64,000 bases of DNA from Mustelus asterias. Taxonomy: Eukaryota. Both the position numbers and the translations under genes were made by a program. Shown here piece by piece: positions 24,321-37,705 of the stretch. The stretch lies in assembly GCF_964213995.1 (NCBI RefSeq), contig NC_135813.1, positions 21,700,001-21,764,000 on the forward strand. The letters are read 5' to 3'. How positions within the stretch are numbered: the stretch's first letter is position 1; the number at the start of each line of letters is the position of its first letter. The notes below the pieces were generated by a model. It did no database searches. It had not been told where the DNA came from and saw nothing but the letters and a program-made list of their open reading frames with translations.

Positions 24321-27300
24321 AGAGGGGGAAGGGAAGGCACCCACTCTGAACCTCTTACCTGTGGGCGCGTGAAGGCAACCTGGGCAAGTTTCAGCGGCGG
24401 CATCAGCCCAAGGTCCAACCTCAGCCACATTGTGGACCGGCGGGGTGGGGGGGTAGCTGTCTGTCTTCAGTCAGCCTAAAGGTCTCAGTAAGGTGGATTG
24501 GTCACTATGTAGGGGGATCAGGTAGCAGAACATGTTGGGGGTAAATTAGATCTAAGCGCGAATCTTCCTTCCCAATGCCGTCAGAGAGAAATCTATCCTT
24601 TAAAAGTGAAAAAAAAATCTCCTAACTGCAGACACAGTTTAAACCAAGTCACTCCCCCGGAAATGTTTTAGTTTCTTACCAGAGACTTAAAGTTACTGAG
24701 GGAAGCAGCCTGAATGAGTCCTTCTGAAACATCACATTTAATATTTAATCTCTTGTGCACAATGACCCCAATTAGCCGCCAGGTTTCCCTATTTCCTTGT
24801 TTTAAAAAATCCAAATAGGGTTTCAAGTGAATTCTTGTCTTGATAAGGGCGCTTCTTACTTCAGAATGAACAATCCTTCCACATTTAATTCTCTAGAATA
24901 ACAATACTGCTTAAAATGTAATGGTTTAAACGATAGCTGGTGTCAGTGTGGTTATACATGTGTCTCGCTGCGGTGGCTGCCTGATGCACGGGAACATTTT
25001 TGACAGGTTGTAAATCGACGCGATCCTGGTCTGAGAAATGCCATTGAACTGTTCCAAGCGAGCACAGAAACTGCACGTACAGTCAGCTGGTTAGCGAAGT
25101 TTTCTGTACGGATTTGTGTAGCTGATCTTGGTTTTAATAAAGTGGTTTTTTAAAAATTCAGACAGATCTTTATTCACGGCTTGGTGCTGACTTCAGGCAG
25201 TGTAGTGTTTGTTGTGTGTGGATTTCTGAATTGAACAGGTGTCTCTGAAGCCGAACGTAAAAGGCGTCAGCTTTACTTCTCCAGTGAGTTGCTCGGGATT
25301 TCGCGGGACGAAATTAAATTTTGACATAGTTTTCGAAAAAATATCCCACAATAATGTGGGGTTCACTCATGGTATTTACCAACTTTCTGTGTAGAATTGC
25401 CCTGCAATTGTAAAATACACAGAAGGATTTTGAGTTAATGAAATGCCATCAGATTAATTTCGGGACAATTTTCTGTCAAACTCCTGATATTTACAAAATG
25501 TTGCATTGATCCAAATGATTATTTTAGTTATTGATTACTGAGGAACGTTTCGGAGCAACGGAGCACAGTCAACTTATTTTGCTTCAGCTTTCGGATCCAT
25601 TTCCATCTTCGTGTTTTAATATATTGCAATAAATTCCAAGTGTAACCTGTTATTTGCCCTCGATTTACTTTTTGGCCTGATTTTTCTGATCTAATCTATT
25701 TGACGCGATTGCCTGTCGCTTCATTCTAATCACCTTTCTTTTACTATGCTGCAGTAATTCCTATTAATAAACAGTGCTGGTGCCCGTTACACCACCAAAC
25801 CATGTAACCCGTGTGAATGTAACCCACTCACTCATGTTGCATCCCAATTACTCCGTCTTTTCATCCAAAACAAAGAGAAGGGGGTGGGGGGAATATCTCT
25901 CATTTTGTTTCCAGCTACATGATTTCAACGTGTAAATGTGTAATGAATGTAGTATTCGAAATAAACTTCCGTTTCAATTTCTTTCCATTCTATCGATGAA
26001 TAAGTTAATTCGGCGAAAGGTTGCACTTGTAACAGGGTCTTGGGTAAATTGTCCAGTTGCAGCATCTTTCGTTTCTAAAGATAAATGCTGATCCCAAAGC
26101 ATAGTACTGACTGAAGCTCACCCATGACTGTGTTAAAATTACCCCGTTCAAAAAAAAGATAAATACGAAGACAATGAATTAAATACTCTACTTTGTCCAA
26201 AATGTTGTCTTGAATTTCGACGCTTTACTTAACGTTGCAGGGGTGCAATAATTAAGCATTAATATTTAGGAAGAGAATTGGCCTTACAATTCTTAGCATG
26301 TTCAAAGACTAAAGTAATGGAGTATCCGCGACCTTATTTTATCCGTGTTATTAATAATCGGAGCGAAATGGTTTATTTAGAACCGAACCGCTATTATTTT
26401 CGGGAACACCAGGGTAAATATTAAACGAGTATCATTCCAACACTGAATTTAGGTTGTTCCTTAAATGTATGGTATTAGGCCAGGTATTAACCCTGACACT
26501 AATTATAGTCAATAATATGAGCCCAGGCTCAGGCTTACTGGCATATATTTTCAATGGGTTCATTATAGGAATAGGTACATGGCGCTCAACGCTTCTCGTA
26601 AGACTCGCGCGTTCCATTATTAATTATAGGAGAAACACGGCTCATTAACCGAATATTGTCCGACACGGGCGATTACTTTTCTTGATAATTGGGGGAAGGA
26701 TATAATTCAACTTTTTTTTCCAGAGGAGTAGTTAACTAGTAAGAATAAACCAAATCACCTCTCAGTTTCCAAAAAAAAACAATTTGGAGGAGGTTTTCGC
26801 CGTCTTTGCATCTTGCTATGTTCTGAATTTCGGGTTCTTCCGCATGGTTTGACTTTTTTTTGGCGTTTGTCTTCCTGATCAATTCCAGCCTGTATTTTAG
26901 TGTGAGTTTTTCAGAGCCTCAACTCCCTTTTTCATCCAGTGCACGGTCTCCTCCTCCGTCCCAGGATAAGCAGAACATCAACATTTTAACAGGTTTTAGC
27001 ATCTATTATTGTTAGTTGCTTCGTTGCTGGACAGAATGGAGTTTGTATTAACGATTTTATTGAGTGGTTACTGATTTAATTAATGTATATCGCATTAAGA
27101 ATGTATTGAATGCAAGTGCCACTCCATAGGCATCAATCTATTAATAGTTTGTGGAAAGCTAAAGGAGAACGCGATTCTATCACAATATTTGTTGATGTTA
27201 AAGACATCTTTTACAAACAATGCTGTGGAACGCGCTGATTTTTTAATTTAAAATAAAATAAAATTAAGTCTCATTTGCTTAATGATTAAGATATTTGAAT

Positions 27301-27584
27301 TTAACTTTGTGTTATCGCTTTATAAATGTGAGATGGAGAGTACTCCTGAGGAAATGTACACAACTCCCCCCCCCCCAATAATCATTTGTTATCGATGCTT
27401 CGATAGGAGCATTTCTCGGTTACGTCTGTGGGCTGGTCAGCGTCTCCATGGCAAACTGATGTGTGATTTGTGAGCTTTCTATAAATTACAGTCTTCGGCA
27501 GCGTCAGAAGCAAAAAGGCATTTCTTAAAATCCAGTTACCTCTGAACTTCGGTCATATCGGGGACCACCCGGCTTTGACCCCCT

Positions 27585-27604
27585 TGTGTGTGTGTGTGTG
27601 TGTG
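27585..27604 (+). repeat. (TG)10 microsatellite
   Basis: Direct reading; 56 nt upstream of the exon starting at 27661. Confidence 0.9.
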
Positions 27605-27614
27605 ACAATTGTAG

Positions 27615-27932
<318 letters not shown>

Positions 27933-28132
27933 TAAATAATAGAATAATAAATTAATAAAACGATAAACAAAGGTGCAAAGAGATACCAAGGGGGTTGTTA
28001 TTGGCGCGGATTTCTTGGTGGGGAATGCCTGGGCAGAAATGTAGATGATCGATTTGCGTTCCGCTTTGCTGCATGCTGTACCGGGGTTCATTTCTCTCTG
28101 CGTTAAATAACTTTCAAACTTCTCTCCCTTAG

Positions 28133-28274
28133 GGATTTTTCAAGAGGACCGTTCAGAATAGCAAGCGCTACACTTGCACCGAGAATCAGAACTGCAAAAT
28201 AGACAAAACACAAAGGAAGAGATGTCCATATTGCCGTTTTCAGAAATGTTTGACAGTGGGGATGAGGTTAGAAG
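28133..28274 (+). CDS. nr5a1: NR5A1 exon encoding zinc finger 2
   Basis: [47 protein letters not shown]; acceptor ctcccttAG, donor G|GTAAGA; 142 nt; not in the ORF track. Confidence 0.95.
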
Positions 28275-28287
28275 GTAAGATATACAA

Positions 28288-28440
28288 TCATAGAATCCCT
28301 ACAATGCAGACGGAGACCATTTGGCCCATCGAGTCTGCACCGACCACAATCCCACCCGGGCCCTATCCCCTTAACCCCATCTATTTACTCTGCGAATCCC
28401 CCTAATACTAAGGGGCAATTTAGCATGGACAATTAACCTC
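28288..28440 (-). mobile_element. HE1-like SINE 3' half
   Basis: tcatagaatccctac...gagtctgcaccgaccacaatcccaccc...ggggcaatttagcatgg, shared with 44896-45214. Confidence 0.85.
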
Positions 28441-31400
28441 AGGTGTGCAATTTTTAAAAATGTTGTTTGAAGTGATTTAATTTAAATATCTGAATGAGCT
28501 TCTTCACCAGTGAATAATGTTTGGGTGCGTATTTGAAAGCAGGTTTAAGTTAAGGTGACAGTTATATACAGGGACTTGCCAGCGACGCTCACATCACATG
28601 AAAGACTTTTTTTGGCAATAATATATTGAAAGGTGTATCAAATAGAGGGTAGATTTTTTAAAACTTAAAACGCCTTTAGTGAGATAAGATTTGATCGCAT
28701 TCACATTAGCTGAAATAATATGACATAAATATATTCAAATACAGATGATATCAACCAGATTTCTCCTCAATACTCACTAGTCGGAGGCTCGATTTTCCCG
28801 CGGATTGGTCGATTTTAATGAATTGGAGATCTGAAAGAATTTATTCCCATGTACATTAATGGATTGGTGTATTCTATTAGCGAGGCTCTTTGCGAATATT
28901 TACAATGGAACCTTCTGGCCTGATCTAGTAGGCCTTTCGGAGAGTATGAATGGAAATGATGAGTAAGGTGTCGCAGATGTTCAATGTAGGCGTCCAGAGA
29001 TAGACTTCAGTATTTTTATATTGTGTTGTAAAATGGAAATTTTATATGATCCAGAAATGCACACCGTGGCTGGAGTTGTCCAACCGAGCTGAGTTAGGAT
29101 CAATGTTTGATTCACTTGTATACTTTCCAGGAAGTTCCTCTTCAAAATGTATTATTAATTGTTTGCATGCAGTTTGGGGGGTGCGGAGTGTTAATTGTCT
29201 GTTCACTACGAGAGAAAATGTGAGACTGTGTGGATGGACAGTGAGATGAACAAATTGGCAATAGGCTCCAGGTCATCAGAAAAAGACTGAATGTAGACAT
29301 TTTCTGACATGTATTTTAAGAATTCCACGATTGAAATTCAAATGCAAATGAAGCAGCTCCTAGAAAAAACAACTTGGAGATTTCTTAAAATTAAACTTAA
29401 ATGGGGCAATTAAAATAACACCATGTTCAGAGAAAATTGAATTTTGTCCTTTGTTATAATAAATCACTCAACAGCAAAAGTATTGAACTTGTTATATCAC
29501 ATTTCATTTTAAAAACAAGTGGTTTAATGTTTATGACACTAGAATATAGAAAAGTCAAGAATCCCTACTTGTGAAAAAATATGCATATTATATAGTGTTG
29601 AATCACATACTTGACTATTTTAAAAATAATTAAGATTTGACTAGCTATGGAGAATTCAGGGAAGTATTTTTGAGTAGTGTTGATATATTTGTAGTTTTAC
29701 TGAAGTGATATGCCAGTGATAATGTGAATTGCTGAAACTGAATTTACATTGGCACCAATTAAAGTTTTAAAACAGGCCATTTTTCTTGTTAGGTTAGGTT
29801 GTGACTGGTTTGATCTATTTTCCCTGTGGTTTTTGAAGGTCACTATCTATATCATCTCTGATGACCCCAAGCATGTAAAGCATACAGACTGCTCTAAATA
29901 AACTCACTTTGGAAAACATACTGCAAGACTTTACTATACTCTGGACATATTTGACTTACCAATTGGTGGCCCACTACGTTTTATTTGAATTTTCTGTGCT
30001 TCCTGTAACCTCCGAGGACAAATTTCAGAGACATTTGTGCTCATTACAGTAGCTCCATCTGCATTCAAACCAGGACAGGAAACTGAGAAACAACTCAAAC
30101 CTGTGATGGCAAGTTGATGGAAATGCTTTTCTAGAAGGTTGTGATGCAATTAGTCAGCGGCATTAGTTCATCTCAAAGTGCAATTTTACTTTTGTGAAAA
30201 ACTATCCTCTATGTAAGAATGTTAATATTCCACGTGGCTGGTGACTGTGTCTGAAACACAGGTACATAGGTGATATTTGGAACCATTTTATAGCAGTGAA
30301 GTTACATGTCAGATGTTACTCTTAAGATATTGAAGGGAGTATGAAGTCTTTAGCTATGAATAAGGCAGGGTGTTTAACAATCTACCTGCTCAAGATTGTA
30401 TGGATAATATAGCTGTGATTTCCTTAAATTTTTATTTGGTAGATACTGCTCCCCTTTGATATTCTACATTTCTTTGTAGAAAAACATAGCAATGTATCTA
30501 GATCGCTTAATTTCTCTACTTTGGGTTCAATTTTAGCACTGTGTCATTGCTTGGATCACAAAAGCAACACACATCAATTTTAGCAATGATTAAAGAAAAG
30601 CAGCTAACTTGTTAGTGTGAGTGAGTCGAGAATTTCAAGTAATTCTAGATGTATTTAATTTGTCATGCAAAGTGGCCACAGTAAGAGTCAACAAACTGAG
30701 GGACACAGATTGTTACTAATGTTTTAATGAAATTAACAGCAAGGAGAGGATTCATGCTCCTTGAAATGACACTAAGATTTTGCATAAATAATTGCAGAAA
30801 GTTCAAATCTAGGGTATATTATAATTAAATTGAGAAAATGCAGCCCTGGTTAAACTTGTAAAGAGCTGGCGTGATGTTGCAGGCAGTGGAGAACTTTCCC
30901 CTAGTGCAGAAAATCATGGAATTGATGCAATGTGGGGGTGCAGTTGAAATGATCCACTGAGAAACTCATTTTGCCTTATTGAATTGGACTTTGTATCAAT
31001 CCTTTATCAAGTTGCATCAATAGTGGCTGTTGATCTGCCTGAACTGACAGTATTCCTTCTTGCAGCCAGGGGGACTGAGTATGGTGATGGAAGGCCTCTG
31101 AATAGGAGAAAGTGAAAGATGATAGGGCTATAAAAAACAGTATTGAAAAGCAATTCTGATCATGTATTGTAAATGCAGACTCGCATTTAAATTTGCACAC
31201 TTTATTGTAAATTACAGTCTCACTTCCCCCTTTTACAAAGACAAAGTGTTATTAAATGATACAGAAGTACAAAACATTGTCAGGCACGCTTAGAAGGACA
31301 TTTAATACATTCGTAACATAAACTGGGATATTTCAGTTATTTCTGGCCCTGGGAAGTACTGAACAGAGTCCTTGGAATTAGTGAAAGGAAAACATCATTC

Positions 31401-32109
31401 ATTTCAGCCAGGGATTCAGAGAGGCATCTGTGACCTAATGGCATGAAACATTCTGACCTTGCTTTGTGTTTTATGACATTGGATGACATATCTTTCTTTA
31501 GTCAGATATAAGTTGTTGAATTGCTGAAATTAACCTAATCAATCGTTTTAGCTCTTTACCAGCACTAGATTTCATTGTAATTAACAAACAATGTATTTTG
31601 TTGAACTAATGTCACAGCATGAGAAAGAAAAAGGATTCAGTTTTAAGGCAAGTATTTCTGTTCTAAATAATCAATATCTTGCTGATATTGATAATGTTTT
31701 ACTTTCAATCTCCAACTTCAGTACAAATGAAAATCACAGGGTTTATCTTGATGGTTCTGTAAGTATATCTGTTGAAGTCAGTGGTGAAAAGAGCAGTGGA
31801 CCTGTTGATGCGTTGCAGTTTAGGAGACTGACATAGAGAGTGTGATTAAGTGTAAGTTGGGGTGAGATAGAGGCATGGGTAGGTGCTATTATAGAACTGG
31901 GATTAGGTGACTTTGGTGATGGAGGTGGTTGCTGGGTTTGAATCACTGTTCAGGATAGAATAGGACAGTGACAGTTTTACAATATTCGATTTCACCTGAA
32001 GAAGATGAATCGGGGCTATGGCGGGAAATTTCTGACAGGAACTGAACAGGATCCACAGGGTAAAAACTTGACAATTCATCACCAATCAGACAAATAGATG
32101 TTTGGTAGT

Positions 32110-32800
32110 ACAGAATTTGAGTGTTGCTGAAGAAAGAGACATGTTTTGTTGAAGCTTTTCATTTTGCACTCATCAGGACAATTCACAAGAATACAAATCC
32201 AAGGGTGACAACAAATTTATACTGTATGAGATGAGAGTGCTGATTGGTTGGCAAGTGCACTCTGATTGGTAGGGGCGTTGCCACAGATAACGCACCAGTA
32301 GATAGTGACTGACGGATAATTTAAACCAGGCAGCTTGACTCTGGTCAAAGCATTGCCCTGAGGAATGAACCTGCAAATGGTTGTCACTTAAATGGGTGCA
32401 ATGTGTGTTCTTTGTCTGCAAAGAACAGACAAATGCACCACACTGAGAGCTGGACTGATGATCTTAAATTGGTTATCAGTGTAATTCTTAGCATACTGAG
32501 GATTATTTAGCAAATGTTGTCCAATCACAGAATCAAATCTAATGTTGGGGGTTGCGTTTTGAGTTTTGCAAGCATGGGCTGGTTGAATACAGTCTGTACC
32601 TTGCCTGTTGTGAACAATCTACCAATTTTTGGGATGTACGGCCTACATAACGAGCATCGCACTCACGCTGAAAGTGACATATCACATTCCCCATTTGTGT
32701 GTTAAGCAGAATGTCTCTTTGGCTTGACAGCAGCATCCTGTTAGTGTGAATACCATTCATGTGGCATGAAACAGCTCTTCACCTGTTGCTCAAGTCTTTG
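32110..32800 (-). mobile_element. Penelope-like element 3' fragment (GIY-YIG) with terminal region
   Basis: ORF 32539-32760 contains GNVICHFQRECDARYVGRTSQKL (GIY-YIG-like); homologous to 5015-5655. Confidence 0.75.
32147..32180 (-). ncRNA. minimal type I hammerhead ribozyme motif (partly decayed)
   Basis: Minus strand UGUC-CUGAUGA-G-UGCAAAA-U-GAAA-AGCU-UC-AACA: complete catalytic core, palindromic AAGCUU stem III, UUC cleavage triplet. Confidence 0.65.
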
Positions 32801-33069
32801 AAATACCTTGTCCTTGCAGGATAATCTGAGGTAGGCTGGGCACTTTTCAGCACCAATGAGTTAAACAATGAAAAGCCTCAACAACAAAAAGTCCTTTTTT
32901 TTTCAGCATTACTATTTAGACAGTGTCACTAAAAGGGTTCCTGAGTTTGACTGCAGTACAGATTGGCTAAATTCACATTAATGACAAAGGTGTGCTTTTC
33001 TCAGATCATCACTATGGTTGGATGGCATGGTGGAAATGTATCCCCCGCAAAGGAATCATACAGAGGGAA

Positions 33070-33610
33070 TCTATTCACCACGAGCAGTATAAACCTTTAT
33101 AAAACACTGGTTACGCCTCAGCTGTGGAGTGCTGTGTTTAATTCCAGGCAGCGCACTTCAGAAAGGGTGCCAACGCCTTGGAGAAGTGCAGAAGAGATTT
33201 ATTATCAAGGTGACAGGTAATAGGCACTTCAATTATATGGAGAGACTGGAAAAGCTGGGATTGGTCTCTTTAGTGAAGAGATAGTCAAGAGCAAATTCAA
33301 TGGAAGTGGCAGACGGCATGGTAACCAGAGGAGACAGATTTGTGATTGGTGAAGGAACTAAAGGTGACATGAGGAAACATTTTTTTTACAAAACCAGTTG
33401 TTATCTGGAATGCACTGACTAAAAGGTAGAAGCAGACTCATTAAGATTCGAAAATAAATTGGATAAATACTTGAAGAGAGAAAATTACTGGGAAAACGGA
33501 AAGAGCAGGAAGTGAGATTATTTGGATAACTCTATTAATAGCCAATAGATGCACGATCGGCCAAATGGTATTCTTCCCTGCTACGCTGTTTCATTCAATG
33601 AAACTATGAT
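33070..33610 (+). mobile_element. CR1 LINE 3' fragment, degenerate
   Basis: NLYKTLVTPQL; ggagagactggaaaagctgggattg; tggaatgcactg; CR1-type 3' UTR. Confidence 0.8.
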
Positions 33611-33786
33611 TACTGAGACAGTATAGAGGGAATCTATGCATCTGCTGGATTATGGGATAATAATCAATTCACAGCCTGCATTATCGGAATAGTATAGAAT
33701 TAATCATTTTTCATCTTTGCGTGTTTGGGAAAGTATAGAGTGAATTTATTCACACCTTGCTTTATTGGAAAAATATAATGGTATTG

Positions 33787-34455
33787 GGCACAATCTAGCG
33801 GCTTCGTTTGCCATGGCACAAATCCCGTTATGGCCATTAAATCCCCCGAGAGGGCTAAGATTGGGTTTGTGCTGGTGAGATCTTGATTTGAGATCTTCCC
33901 CGTCCCCAGCCGGTGATGGGCTCAGGTTTATCCCCACCTGATTTCCATGAATTTAAATATATTTCAATATAATTAAAGGGCTTGATGTTGTAACGTCTGC
34001 CCACAATGTATCCTCCCCCACTCCCGGCTGCAATGAACACATCCTCCCCACCGCGTGATATCACGTCGGCGCGGATCACTACTTGTTTTCAAAAGCAAAA
34101 ACCTGTTGTGATGACCACACCGGGGGTCTGGAGGTGCCTGGAGGCCCTAGGACTTAAGGGACAAAGCTAGGCAGTGGGCACTGCCAAGTGGGCACATGAA
34201 GAGGGCAGTCCCAAGGGACTCTGGCATGGGGGTAGCCCTCCTCCATTGGGGGGGTAGGTTCCCCTTGTCTGTGGTGGGGGGTGAGAGAGAGCCCCAACGA
34301 CTGCCAGGGGGTGGGTGCCCCAGTGGGAGGGCGCCCACTGGTGGGAATCTATTCACCCTTCAACTAACTTACGTTTTGTTCTTAATAGATATAAAATCGG
34401 GAAATATTGTCTCAGCAGCACGGTTCCACCTCAGTGCTGAGTGTAAAAATGGCCG
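33787..34455. mobile_element. non-autonomous Harbinger-like DNA element
   Basis: Starts gggcacaatctagc; GC-rich interior shares segments with 53990-54725. Confidence 0.45.
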
Positions 34456-35869
34456 AACAAAAAGAATACAAATCCATGGGGCTCTCCTGTTTTTCTGCAA
34501 TTTCTGTGGCTTTCCAATAGCTTCATATCCATGAGCCTGTTGCTAAAAATTAAATAATGAAGAAATAACATTTTTAAAATATATTTTGAGAACACGACCA
34601 GATTTATTCACAATTACATTTCATGATTGATCAGAATGCAGTTTTGAATCCCAAACATGAGATATAAATACAAGGTTTGTTTGTTGCCAGCTAGATGTTT
34701 GACATGCAAAACCATCAGTTGCCAAACCAAATAACTGAGAATTCACATAAGCAAGGCTTCACTTAGCCTGACAAAGGGTAAATACTCATTGAGACACCAA
34801 AGCTTGTAGAATGTAGGCTCAGGTTGGCAAGTCTTCAATCAGTGATTGATTTAGGTTTAATTTCTCATCACCAGGCAGATAGCTTGTGACTGACTTGACT
34901 CCAAACAGTTCATGCTTACTTTGCCTCATGAGCAGCAAAACTATTGGTCATTAGATAACTGTCATTTCAGACCTCAGTTGATGGACAATAGGCATGAAGA
35001 ACATACCACACTAAAAAAATGTGTGCAGTCACTGTTATGTTCTTGACCATATTCAGGATATGAATACCTCACCCATTGAACAGTGTTTTACTATTTGGAG
35101 GTGGAGCTACAGAATTAATTGCTTATCTTTCTGTTATTAAATCAAGGTAGTCACAATGAGTCTTGGAGAAATGTTTGCACAATTTGCCTTCATGCAACTA
35201 TTTCCAAGCTAGTCATCTAACTTCACCACAGTTAGAAGAAACCACAAACAATAGCATGCATTATGTCACAATGATATTCTAGATTCAACAATCAAATAGT
35301 GCATATGAGACTTGGGCATCACCGTTAACTTAAAACATGGAAGGAGCTTTGGCAAAGTTACATACCACTGTGAGGTTGACTCCATCTTTCAGGTACAAAA
35401 TTATTCTGGTTTTACTGTTGTAAAATAAAAACACGTTATCAATACATACAATTAAATTATACTATACTTATGCAGAATAATTTATTAGTGAAATATGAGA
35501 AATGTGTAATTATGCAATATATGTGTAAAATCTACAGTATTACATAGATCAAATATACAAAACATTAAAAAACTGTATAAAGGCTACACTTTGTACTTTC
35601 AAAATGTACCATAATAAACATTTTGTACAGCTGATCAAATTCTGTTACACTGTAGAAGTGTGTAAAACATTACACATAAACCCAGACTGTTGTTGAGGCC
35701 AACAATAATTTTAATATTAGTTTTAGTCTTGTTTCTGGACCTCAAATTTTAACATTATTTGATTATAAACCCACCCATGACCCTCACTACTGACCCTGGT
35801 AATTATTTGCAGGGTATAAGATATGACAGCCATCCGAGAGTAAGGGATGCAAGAACTCCTCAGTTCTGG

Positions 35870-36530
35870 GAACTCAGTTCCTCAGTCCACAGAACCTTAA
35901 AAATGGCAGCATAGGTGGAAAAGGTGGTGAAGAAAGCATATGGCACGCTTGCCTTCATCAGATGGGACATTGAGTATAAAAGTTGGCAAATTATGTTACA
36001 GTTGTATAAAACGTTGGTTAGGCTACATTTGGAATACTGTGTGCAATTCTGGTCACCACACTACCAGAAGGAAGTGGAGGTTTCGGAGTGCAGAAAAGGT
36101 TTACCTGGTATGGAGGGTATTAGCTATGAGGAGAGATTGAATAAACTGGGATTGTTCTCCCCGGAAAAACAGAGACTAAGGGGCAAACTGATAGAAGTTT
36201 ACAAAATTATGAGAGGTATAGAAAGGTAGAATAGTTGGAAGCTTTTTCCCAGGGCAGAAATGATAATTACAAGGGGGCACAAGTTCAAGATAAGGGGGGA
36301 AAGGTTCAGTGGAGATGTGTGGGGGAAGTCTTTTGCACAGAGGGTGGTGGGGGCCTGGAATGCACTGCCAAGTGAGGTGGTTGAGGCAGTTACATTAGCC
36401 ACATTTAAGACTTATCTTAACAGGCATATGAACAAATGGGGAATAGAGCGATATAAGCGGTTGGTTAGATAGGTAAACGTGACCGTTGGAGGGTCGAAGG
36501 GTCTGTTCCTGTGCTGTACTGTTCTTTGTT
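35870..36530 (+). mobile_element. CR1 LINE 3' fragment
   Basis: ORFs KVVKKAYGTLAFI..LEYCVQFWSPHY and TRGHKFK..FAQRVVGAWNALP; tail ctgtgctgtactgttctttg. Confidence 0.9.
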
Positions 36531-36839
36531 CCTTGTTCCTGGCATCAGAAATCCATGGCTGATCATCCCTACTGCTGTACCACTGGACTTGTAAAGGGCT
36601 TACCAAGACCTGCAAAATCCCTGATATGTCCGAGCAGGAATGCACTGATGTTTGTTTCCATAACCTTAAGTTTTGGACTAATCCTATTCTAGATTTATGA
36701 TCCCAAACATTAAGCATATTTTAGTCTGGGGAAAACATTTAAACAAACATTCAGTTTTCATTTTTAGTATTCTAGTCCTTGTAAGATTATCTTCCAGAAT
36801 GTGTACTTCAAATACAAGTATAAGAGCTGAAATATAAGT

Positions 36840-37485
36840 ATAAGAGCTTTTAGAAGTATATAAAAAGGAAGAGCAGTTAAAGTAAATGTTGGTCCCTTAG
36901 AAGCAGAGGCAGGAAATAATTTCATGAGAACTAAGGAAATAGCAGAGGCATTGAACAAGTATTTTGTGCTTGTCTTCGCAGTAGAGGACACAAGTTTATT
37001 ATCAGAAATAAAGGGTAACCGAGAGGCTAAAAAAATGACGAAATTAGAGTAATTAATAACGGTAAAGAAAAAGTATTGGAGCAACTCGAGGAACTGAAAT
37101 CCAACAAATCCCTGGGACCAGATGGCCAGCACACTAGGGTTCTGATAAAGATAACTGTAGAGATGCTGAAAGTGCGAGCAATGATTTTTCCAAAATTTCT
37201 AAAAATTAGAAATGTTCCCATCAGAATGGAAGTTGTTATAAATGTAACACAATCTTTCATGAAAGGAGGGGGAGAGAAAACAGGAAACCCAGGCCAGTTA
37301 GTCTAACATCTGTGAAACTATTATTAAAGAAAGCTTAACAATGAACCTAGAAATATATAGCATGATTAGAATAAGTCAACATGGTTTTACAAAAGGGATA
37401 TCCTGTTTGATGTATTTATTAGAATTCTTTGAGGATGTAAACAGTAGGGTAGATAAGGGGAACCAGTAAATGTAGTATACCTGGG
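36840..37485 (+). mobile_element. CR1 ORF2 internal fragment
   Basis: AEALNKYF.., KSLGPDGQHTRVL, SQHGF.KG.SCL..LLEFFE..VDKG motifs with stops. Confidence 0.8.
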
Positions 37486-37705
37486 TTTTTAATTCTTTAA
37501 TTGGATGTGGGCAACACTGGGTAGGCTAGCATTGGTGGTTCATCTCTAACTGTCCTTGAAAAGATGATGGTAAGCTGCTGTCTTGAGCTGGTGCATTCCA
37601 TGTGGTGTGGTTAGATGCAAGTGCTGTCAGGAAGGGAGTTCCAGGATTTTGTCCCAGCAGCAGTGAAGGAATGATATAATTTCAAGTCCGCATGGTGTGT
37701 GACTT

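Noticed and set aside
28160-28162. QNSK instead of the usual QNNK in the DNA-binding domain
   Set aside because: Single conservative change at a position that also varies in invertebrate FTZ-F1; not evidence of altered function
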